A DNA stretch of 63,440 bases, counting the filler, from Choristocarpus tenellus KU-1152 (Eukaryota > Protista > Phaeophyceae): NCBI GenBank assembly GCA_964200185.2. It is 9 parts of 9 records of this genome, joined end to end, with 100 filler letters (N's around TTAATTAATTAA, not from the genome) between each part and the next. Parts side by side here need not be neighbours in the genome. Positions count along the whole stretch, not along the records: positions 1 to 15,478 come from CAXNAD020000992.1; positions 15,579 to 20,733 come from CAXNAD020011681.1; positions 20,834 to 26,543 come from CAXNAD020009948.1; 6 more parts are not named here. One strand, given 5' to 3'. A model generated the notes under the pieces. That model did no database searches. It saw only the letters and a list, made by a program, of their open reading frames with translations, and was not told the origin of the DNA. This document shows, in pieces, positions 12,321-21,391 of the stretch. Position 1 is the first letter of the stretch; the number at the start of each line of letters is the position of its first letter. A program made the translations under genes and the position numbers.

Positions 12321-12806
12321 TATGCAAAAGAGAACTACTCAAGTAGAGTATTTTGCTTTGTCGGTATGGATATGTTTATTAGCGGAGTGAGCACTGCCCT
12401 CGGTGGTGGGGGGTGCTCTCTCTTATTATCTTAATGTTTATTACATATATCAGCTGACACATTAAAACGTGTCCTGCCGTTACATCTTACTATGTCACTT
12501 TTCCTGTGTAGCTAGTACTATGTCAGAACTCCTCCATCAGTCCATTTATATCATTATCAAGTAATAAGAACTCGATTATCTGAGATTCGAACTCATTACT
12601 TTAAGCAGACGAACACGAATCAACGACACTTGTTCCACTTAGCCAACATTCCTGTTGTCTAGTTGTGTTCACGAAATACGTATAAACCGTACAGACTATC
12701 AGCCTATATTGCACACTTCCCCATGAGCGTGCAGCAAAGTTGCTGGCAAAAGCTCACCCTCGACGCGAAAGCACAGAATGCACAAAACTAGAGTAAGATT
12801 CTTACG

Positions 12807-13061
12807 CAAAGTGTCTTAGAGGGTAGAGCTGCGTCCGTTTGAGGGCCAAAATCCATTGTTGCGATTTTGATGTAATTTTGGATATCGTGTTTGTTTGGAA
12901 GTGTCAATGTCCATGTTTTGGTCACACCTTTTCATAACACATACATTTCACCTACTCCAAAACAATTTGGAGTAGGAAAATGTCAAAATAGCACTCATGG
13001 GAAGCCAAGTACCAAATGGACAAACAGGTTAAAACTTGTACCCTCTAAGATACTTTCACTC
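12807..13061. mobile_element. MITE copy inserted at the end of Copia RNase H (left end truncated)
   Basis: CAAAGTGTCTTAGAGGGTAGAG...CCCTCTAAGATACTTTCACTC; interrupts the frame after QLADI. Confidence 0.88.
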
Positions 13062-15044
13062 AATGTCAGCTAGTTGTTTAGATGCTGGAACATATTCTAC
13101 ATGAAACAGGCCTTGGTCCACATATTCCCTAGTGCACTTCAGCTTCATGTCTACGTGTCTTGTTCTCCCATTGTAACCTTTGATTCTGCTCGCGTGTATA
13201 GCACCACGATTGTCACAGAACCAGGGAGTCTGATCCTGTAATATGCCAATCTCCCCCAGAATGCCTTGAAGGAAAATGCAGTGGCGCATGCCATATGCCA
13301 TTGCCGTCCACTCTGGCTCCAAGCTGGAGAGGGTGACAGCCCCTTGAAGTTTGGAGCGCCAGGCAATCGGCGGCTTGTTGAACAGTAGCAAGTAGCCTGT
13401 GACACTCCTGCATGTTTGGGAGTCTGTGCCCCAGTCAGAATCTCCATAACCCACTAGAAGTTCTTTGCCCCCCTTGTTCATATATTTGTCTCCTCAATTA
13501 TAATGAATGCAGACATCCAATGTCCCTGCAACATAGCGCAAAACGTGCTGTAGTCTGCGTCAGTGTCTCATGCATGGAGATGCTGCTCTACGCCCCAATT
13601 CACGAACACTGTTAGCCAGATCTGGTCGAGTCATGCCTGCTAAGAAAATAAGTTTCCCAAGAATACTGGCATAGGGGTGTATGGTGGGATCTAGCTCCTC
13701 CTCATGATCTTGTTTAGCAGAGAAGTCCATGCCGGGGTCCAGCGGTGTTGATGTCTTTTGTACTTCTGTAGTGCCCATCCCGGCCATGACAATACTTTCC
13801 GCATATAGTTGTTGATCCAAGGTGATTCCATCTTCGTCCACAGTGATGCTCACGCCAATTAGCTTGTCTAGCGTACCTAAGTCCCGCCCCTCATACTTTT
13901 CCAGCAGTGATGCCCTCATCCTTTGTATTTCTGTGAAGTCCCCAGTGGTGAATGTGTCGTCCACATAGGTCGTGAGAATGGCAATGCGTCCGTCTTCACT
14001 CTTCTTGAAGCAGAGGCACTTGTCATGTTGGCTGCTTGTCCATCCCTCTGATATAATGGTACTGCGTAGTTTATGGTACCATTCCATTACTGACTGCTTC
14101 AGCCCATAAATTGCCTTCTTGGCCTTAACTGTGCAGCCATCAGGAAACTCCAACCAGATGTCCTCCTGCAGATCCGCGTTGAGGTAGGCCTGTGTAAAGT
14201 CCAGGGCGTCTATGCTCCAACCTCTGTATGCTGCAACTGATATAATGCATCGTAGTGTGTCATATCCCACCACCAGGCTGAAGGTTTCAAAGAAGTCCTC
14301 TCCTGCATTTTGGGTGAACCCACGGGCCACTAGTCTTGCCTTTTATCGCTCCACTGACCCGTCTGCTGAGCGCTTGATCTTGAAAACAAATCGTGTCTTG
14401 ATTGCCTTCCTCCCTTTGGGCAGGACCTTATCACTAAAAGTCCCCTTTTGCCATAACCCTGACATTTCCTTCTCCATTGCCTCTTGCCATTGCTCTCCAT
14501 CTGGCCCTCTCAAGGTCGCTTTGGTTGTAGATGGCTCGTCTGGACCTGCTGTTACTTCCCCCATGAGACCCATAAAGCAGTACACTTCTTCGTTGTTCTG
14601 CTGCATGAGGGTTGACGCGAAATGGTTAATGGCTGTTTCTGCTTCTTCCTGATCACATAGTTTAGATGTGTAGGCTACCCGCTGGTGTTGCTCCAGCCTG
14701 GCAGATCTCCAAAGTCCAGAGTGTGGGGTCAGGCGTTTGGCTGCCATCTGTGCAGCCCTATCCATGCGCTGGCGTTGTCCCATCCTGGTAGAAATTTCTT
14801 AACTTTGGGGGGATGCTGAGCGCTTTGTATCTTGAGTCCTACGCCCAATGTTTTGACGCTCACCTCCAGTTTCGCTCCCTGTTGTGCAAGCCTCTTCATC
14901 TCTCATATCCATGTTCATGTCGTCATGAAACTCTGGCTCCCCCACTAACTCCAGCAGTTTGTCTTCAGGCTGGAAAGACACTTGTGCTGAGGTCACCAGC
15001 TTACCCTCCTGTGGGATCCATATGTGCCAGCATAATGATTCTCT

Positions 15045-15302
15045 GAGTGAAAGTATCTTAGAGGGTACGAGTATTGCCCTGTTTGTCCATTTGGGGCTTG
15101 GCTTCCCTCAGGGTATTTTATGACATTTTCCTACTCCGAGAAATTTCGGAATAGATAAAATGTGTACGTTAAAGAAGGTGCGTCCAGAACAAGGATATTG
15201 ATACTTCCTAACAAACAAGATAGCCAAAATTTCATCAAAACTGCAACATTGGATTTTGGCCCTCAAATGGGCGCGGCTCTACCCTCTAAGATACTTTGGC
15301 TC
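15045..15302. mobile_element. MITE copy inserted in Copia pol
   Basis: GAGTGAAAGTATCTTAGAGGGTA...TACCCTCTAAGATACTTTGGCTC. Removing it plus one TCT restores GHDRESLCWHIWIP. Confidence 0.92.
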
Positions 15303-15478
15303 TCTGTCATGTCCAACAATGATCCCCCGTTTTGCATATGGGTGGAACTTAGCATTGACGCCGCGCTGTTGCTTGGTGCGGTGTACAAAACACTCTGTCC
15401 CAAATACTCGAAGCCGCTTGTAATTAAAGGGTGTGTTGGTCAGGCGCTCATATGGAGTCTCGCCTCCCAAGTATTCGT

Positions 15479-15578
15479 NNNNNNNNNNNNNNNNNNNNNN
15501 NNNNNNNNNNNNNNNNNNNNNNTTAATTAATTAANNNNNNNNNNNNNNNNNNNNNNNNNNNNNNNNNNNNNNNNNNNN
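15479..15578. other. Artificial contig linker
   Basis: N44-TTAATTAATTAA-N44, a six-frame stop linker. Confidence 0.98.
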
Positions 15579-15689
15579 CGCAAAAAACCCATCCTCATAG
15601 TCCCGCGCCTTCCTCAATTTTGAGATTCCCCTGTTCTATTCCTGCACCCCAGGGTGGGGAGGAGGTAGGGAAGCACCCCACGAATCTAA

Positions 15690-15960
15690 GAAACCAATGG
15701 CACGTCTAGACAGACCACCTGCGTTGTTACCGATAATATTTGACGTAGGTGGGATTTGACCGCCCCATTCCTGCCATAACCTCCAGTTCCTCTCCCCCCT
15801 ACCACATATTTTGCCAGCTTATCCAGGAAACGTTCCGCTTGCTTGCTGAGGCGCCCAAAACTTTCCACCGCGAAAGTGTTGAGGCTATAATAACTACGAG
15901 GATCAAAAGAGCCCTTGTAGTGAGTGCGCTTTCGCGTCTCAGTTGTAGCAACAGTTACAC
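15690..15960 (-). mobile_element. Non-LTR retrotransposon C-terminal fragment (RLE/CRE-like)
   Basis: RKRTHYKGSFD...FAVESFGRLSKQAERFLDKLA...LRQILSV resembles the C-terminal tail of restriction-like-endonuclease non-LTR elements. Confidence 0.65.
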
Positions 15961-16654
15961 CATTTCTGATTAATGAATGGAAGATGGGGGGCGGGGGGTG
16001 GGCTGCACTTCTTTATTATTATCATTATTTTTATTGTTTATTTTCTTACGCCTCTTCTATTTCATATATGTTGTGTCCATTGCTTTCTGTTTTCTACAAA
16101 GTGCAATCTATAATATCTTTCACATTTTCCACAACTGTTACTTTTTTATTACAAGTTGTGATATGATTGGTTTTGCTTTTTCCCTGAAACATCTACAAAA
16201 TGTTAGAGGGCATAACAATAAAATATATATTTATTTTCACAAATTTCATCTCACTATATTCTACTATATAATTACATACACGTCATACGTCGTTGAGTTA
16301 CAAATAGATTGAGAGTAATATTGTACATAGATCACATCAAAACATCCCATTTTAAGGCGACATATTCAGTTTGGAATGGGGGTAGTGACGCCTTAACATG
16401 GGACCGGTTTATGTTTTTTTGTTTACACCTCTTCAGTTTTTGAACTAGACTTCTCCCCCCCCTGGTCCCTCCCCCCCAATCAATTTGAAAATTGAGATAT
16501 GACTTCTATTGTATCACCAACAAGGGCAGACAACAACAAGATAGATTAGTGTTGTGAGTTTCGTGAGTACCCTTGCCACTAGCCTTGTCGGTAACTTTGG
16601 CACTCTCCCATCTGGAGTACCCTAGGATTCGGTGCGTTGTAATCGCAACTAGGA

Positions 16655-18028
16655 ATGTCGAACAGTGGTGGTTTGACAGATTTTTGGAGTGAGCCCTGGA
16701 CAGCGTCAACTTGGAGCCTTTGGTCCAGCCAAGGAGCTGCATCTGCTGGTCTGAGGGCCCTGAACTGGAGAAAAGGTGCAGAAATTGACCCGTGGTCTAA
16801 CAACTGGGGAAGCACGCTTGGACCTGGAGCACCCTTGCGAGAGACTCTCAAGGGAAATGGAGGGCAACCTTTTGGGCGGGAATGCGAGACCGCGCCCAGG
16901 ACAATGGGGAAGCGCACAATTGAGCTCCTCCCCACAGACGAACAGCGTCAGACGCTCCAAAAGGTGCGGGAGTGTACGTTAGAATGTGCTGTTCGATGGA
17001 CCTTTCTTTTGAACTCTCTCAGCTAATTTTTGCTCTCACATTCCCCCAACTTGATTCTCCAGTGGTTTGGTGTTGTACGCTGGACCCATAACCGGGCCGT
17101 GGACGCTCTCCGCCGCGATCCCTATGCGAGTAAGGGAAGCCTTTGGGCTGCAGTTGCCGCGGCGGAATCGGATCATGCGTGGGTCTCTGCTGTTCCCAGA
17201 GCTGTCCGCGATGATACTGTCCGAGAACTTGTGGAGCAATTCAATGCCTTGCCAAGACGGGGAGGAGTTGAAGACGGGCTCAAGTACCGAACTAGAAAGG
17301 ACCGTCTAGAACGGGTGGTTGTACGAGCATCGGGGTAAGTGACGGTCAGGAATTTTGTGTTAGTAAGTAGAGAGGTCTGAGAATGTTTCAGGTTTTATTG
17401 TGCCTCCAAGCCAGGATGTACAACATACGGGGAGGAGAAGGTTTAACCAACAGTATTCGGTAGGCAATCTTCGCTTAATCCTAAGTGCTCTTCATGATAT
17501 AGGTCTTGGATCTGGGACAGCAACTTTTAAACTGAGGTACTACTGCTAACAAAATGATTTTACACAGCAGTGCCAACAATGCGGCGATATATTGCTCTCG
17601 CTCAGTATGGGTGAGGAGTGAAGTTCTGTGTTGCAGCGGTGCTCTTAGAATCTTAAGTGGCAATGTAAAGCTCTACCTCATACAGACCAACAATAAAGTG
17701 CTATATTGGGCCTGTTTTGTTGCTCAGGGATTAGGCAGCACATGTGTTAAGATGCCCTTTGTGGCGCTGATATTGTGCCGTTTTCTTTTCTGAATCCCTA
17801 CTTTCGCAACAAGTACTACTACAACACCTTTTTTCCTGCCTCTCCACTTTTGTCAGGTACTACGGGGGTATTCCTTATCCTGACTACTTTGGTCGAACAC
17901 CATTGGCTGCTTCGGAAATTCTCCCAGAGCGACTGTCTGGAGACGGTGTCCTAGTCCGTAGCTGTGAGCGCTTCTTCCTGTGCATTCCTACCTTCGAGAA
18001 GGAAAACAAATGGTCGGCGACAGCTTGA
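16655..18028 (+). CDS. Spliced, RuvC-less Fanzor2/TnpB-derived protein, 250 aa; exons 16655-16963, 17063-17334, 17857-18028
   Basis: Splicing at AAG|GTGCGG...CTCCAG|TGG (phase 0) and GG|GTAAGT...TGTCAG|G (phase 2) gives one open frame: ...KRTIELLPTDEQRQTLQK|WFGVVRWTHNRAV... (OrfB_IS605 HTH/WED-REC start), WVSAVPRAVRDDTVRELVEQF, LKYRTRKD, YPDYFGRTPLAASEILPERLSGDGVLVRSCERFFLCIP, then TGA at 18026-18028. Confidence 0.88.
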
Positions 18029-20682
18029 ATGTACAATTGTTCAGATAGCAGGGAGTGATTTAGGGGATGCCTGATGAAGCTATCACTCGACTTGATAGTG
18101 GACACTGCCCTCCTGGCTGGCACTCTTCCCTTTTCCCCCTCCCACTACAGTCCATATATGTTTGTTGTTGCTCTTCTCCTGTTTTTTCGTATATTTCTCT
18201 CTGGTTTGTTCCTTCTTGGTCACATTGTTTCAAATATTATTTCAAGCTTTCGTCCTCTATCAGAGAGGTGAAGCGTCTTGTGCATGCGCTTGCTGAGCAT
18301 TCCCCACCTTGAGTGTGCATACAGGTGGGGTAGGGGAACAGGGGGGGGTGAAGGGAAGGCAAGAGAAAATACTGGAGAGCATAGCTGCACAATTAAGTCC
18401 TGGTGTCTTATATGACATAAAAGTGAGGCAGGGAGATAGATGGAGAAAGCCTTGCAGTGTGTAGGGATGTCAGTGGCAGGCCTTATCCAATATGACCCTG
18501 CAATCTGCCAAAGTGAATATACTGCTTGTGAGGAAGGATTTGTTTGACAAACATAGGATCGTTCACGACCTTTTACTTAGCTCTGGTCGGTGTTTATTTG
18601 CTGTAGTACAGTAACATTTTCCTTGTGTGCGCATCTCGTGCTGGGACCCTTTTTTTCTGCATGTGTCTTATGTTATTTATTGTATAGGCAAGCGGGGGAT
18701 GCATATTTTGGAGGTTAACAGCGGGGTTATTTTGATTGATGCATAGGGTTAGGGTTCGCGTCTTGCGAAGTATAGAGAATTAGTCCTGGTGTAGAATCAG
18801 GACTAATTTCCTGTAGACACATTCTCTGCTTCTTCTACCCACTGTACTGATACCTACCAGGAAGGTTGTGGTTGGTCAGAGTGTTGTATGGATCGAACGG
18901 TAATTGTAAGTGATAGTGTGACAGGAGAAGATTGGATAGAATATTGTTAGTTGTAGTATCAAGGGGTGGAGTGGTCAATGTATGAAGTGATGGATAGATA
19001 GGACCATGGACAGGCGCACCCATTTCTGCGTGATTTTTTTTGTTGTTGCTTGGAAAGCATTGCACAACAAACTTTGTAACTATTTCAACATCATGGATAG
19101 TGAGCCGTTGTGTTTGCCAGATAGTAGCATAGGCACATATGATGCTAATCTGATCTACAGAGCATGTTGAATGGTGCATCCACTGCATTCATACCACAAA
19201 AGTTGGGGCTATGGAGAAGAGGGTTGTAGGTGGGTTTTTGTGTATTCCACAACTGCATCAAGTCTGTCAATTCGACCTACCTTTCAGTGCTTTGAGATTT
19301 AAATTCATTCAAGTGCAGCATATTTCAAGAAATGAAAAGATCGAGGAGACAGTACAGTGAAGGGAAATTATTGCTCTTCCCTCTCACCATGACACCGTCT
19401 CCTGGTCTCTCTTCCTTCACGCTCTTGGAGTAGAGTAGCAGTGAGCAAGGTGGGTAGCTCGGGGTATTCTGATGGTGACAAACAGGTCCTGAAGTCCTTA
19501 TGTGGGTGGCAGTGCGCACTTTTGATGTTGCTTGTCAGGTGAAGATAGCTAACGTATTTGGCAGGTGGCAGCAGTGTATTGAGGTATCAGAGGGTTATTG
19601 ACATTGTGATGCAATGGTCACACACAGGGCAGTACATTGCTAGAGAGGCCTCTCTACTGTAGACCACTGTTGCATTAATGATGTGCTCACACTTGAGTAT
19701 ATACTGGAATGCAGTACTGACTCGAGCAGAGCATTTTCATAAGTGGTTGTTCTTCCATTGAGAGTGTGTGATTGGTGCTGCTTATATTTCTGTAAAACCT
19801 TTGAAAGCAAAGTGGTATCTAGTATTTACATGCCAAGTGACCTGTGCCTAGAACAGTTGTCGTTCAGCAGCAGCCCCTATTCCCAAAATCGATTTTAAGG
19901 GGTGCACTGCTGAAGGAAAGACAAAACCAGTATCATTGGCTGATACACCCACCCAAGGGTGTATTCCACCACTGTAGCCAAATGAAAGACAAATGAAAAT
20001 AGGAAATGCAAGTCAACTCTCTAGGACATTGCGGATCCCCTTGAACATTCTGGCAAAGCCAATCAACACATGGCCACCTTCACCCCACCGCCGTCCTATT
20101 TCATTCTATTTTGCATCCTTATCTTTTTGTCCCCTCAAATTTGGGGGCAGTAGGAATCAGAGCCATCATCGTTATTCCCTCGTTCCTGATACAATCTCTT
20201 ACATCAATCAACTTTGTCACACATCCATTTTGTTAGTTTTGCTCGAATCATCCCTTTAAACCCATCTGCTCTATATGACACAATGCACAGTGGCTCAATG
20301 GGGTGCGAGTGATGAGTATCCTCGCTGAATCTGCTTGAACTCATCCTGATGTGTGCCGATCCATGTTTTGTTGTACGGGAATGGTAGATGAAGCAAGCCA
20401 ACTTGTACATGCTGTGTCAGTTGCTGCAGCTTTCATACCTTATGTTGAGGGCAAGAAAAGTGATTGACATTGGGATCTGTAAATTTGTTGTGTGAAGATG
20501 GCTTAGAAATGTGGAATATTTGAGGGGAATGCTGTATGCACAGAGCAGCAGTAACCATAGGGTCTCTCTTTATAGTGTACCTCTTGCAGTGCAGGAGGAA
20601 CCAACTATTGAGTACACTTTGCCACGTTGAGATGAATGTTTGGCATTATTCTTCGTAGAGGTTAGGTTATATATACTGCATG

Positions 20683-20733
20683 GAGGGTACGAGTTTTGCC
20701 CTGTTTGTCCATTTGGGGCTTGGCTTCCCATGG
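20683..20733. mobile_element. MITE fragment at contig end
   Basis: GAGGGTACGAGTTTTGCCCTGTTTGTCCATTTGGGGCTTGGCTTCCC matches the 15045 and 50609 copies. Confidence 0.85.
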
Positions 20734-20833
20734 NNNNNNNNNNNNNNNNNNNNNNNNNNNNNNNNNNNNNNNNNNNNTTAATTAATTAANNNNNNNNNNN
20801 NNNNNNNNNNNNNNNNNNNNNNNNNNNNNNNNN
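20734..20833. other. Artificial contig linker
   Basis: N44-TTAATTAATTAA-N44. Confidence 0.98.
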
Positions 20834-21391
20834 CCTGGTGTTCGGCCGTGTGTTCTTCCGGTCGGCGCAAGGCAGTATCAAATTTCTCTCTTTTTTTTAG
20901 ATGGGGGGGGGGGGAGCAGGGCCCTGCGAAGAGCCTGTTACGAGGTTGCCCTTTTGTATTTTCAGTGAAATCTGACCTACTCAGTCTACCCTTTCTACAC
21001 CGCCTGCTGCAAAGCTGCAAGAAACGCCTTCCCGATGCAGTATATTTCCTCTTCGTCAGTGATGTTCGAACTGATGCTGAACAGAGGAAGTGTTTGTAGT
21101 GCATACAGCTGCTTCCAGAGCTTAGTGCATTGATGGTTGGTCTATTTTCACCAGAACTGCGATTTTAGCCGTTGGCCATATTTATTTATTTATTTATTTA
21201 TTTATTTATTATTTTCCTTTTTCCCATAAAGGTGTACCTTTATTCCTTCGTACTGTTCGCAGCCCAGCATTTTACGCACTGGCAGTCACTGGTGCCATCT
21301 CCCCTTTCACCCCCCCTAACCCTAACCCTGACCCCGATACTGAACGTACTGTGATTACCACTATCCTAACCAATGCCGCCAACTCCCCAAG

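Larger units (their letters stand above)
12321..15478 (-). mobile_element. Ty1/Copia LTR retrotransposon, 3' part (integrase end, RT, RNase H, PPT, 3' LTR), degenerate
   Basis: GETPYERLT...LRVFGTECFVH; RT: KTRFVFKIK, ARGFTQ, LDFTQAYLNA, KAIYGLKQS, TYVDD; RNase H: GDSDWG, SVTGY, WRSKLQ, CDNRGAI, RHVDMK, QLADI. PPT at 12716-12724; LTR at 12321-12715. Internal stops, frameshifts and two MITE insertions. 5' end cut by the linker. Confidence 0.95.

Noticed and set aside
12007-15302. Recurrent AAAGTATCTTAGAGGGTA as CRISPR-like repeats
   Set aside because: They are inverted pairs ~260 bp apart with conserved interiors and TSDs, so they are MITE TIRs.
15479-15578. TTAATTAATTAA palindromes within N runs (eight times)
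   Set aside because: Identical 100-nt six-frame stop linkers from contig concatenation. Not biological, and no synteny can be inferred across them.
18264-18312. EVKRLVHALAEH as a possible fourth Fanzor exon (bridge-helix-like)
   Set aside because: The most plausible donor near the end of exon 3 (TG|GTCGGC) gives a stop at or right after each nearby acceptor, and no RuvC motifs follow.
21314-21335. CCCTAACCCTAACCC telomere-like repeats (also ~18745 and ~34607)
   Set aside because: Only about two units each; common low-complexity motifs, not a telomere.
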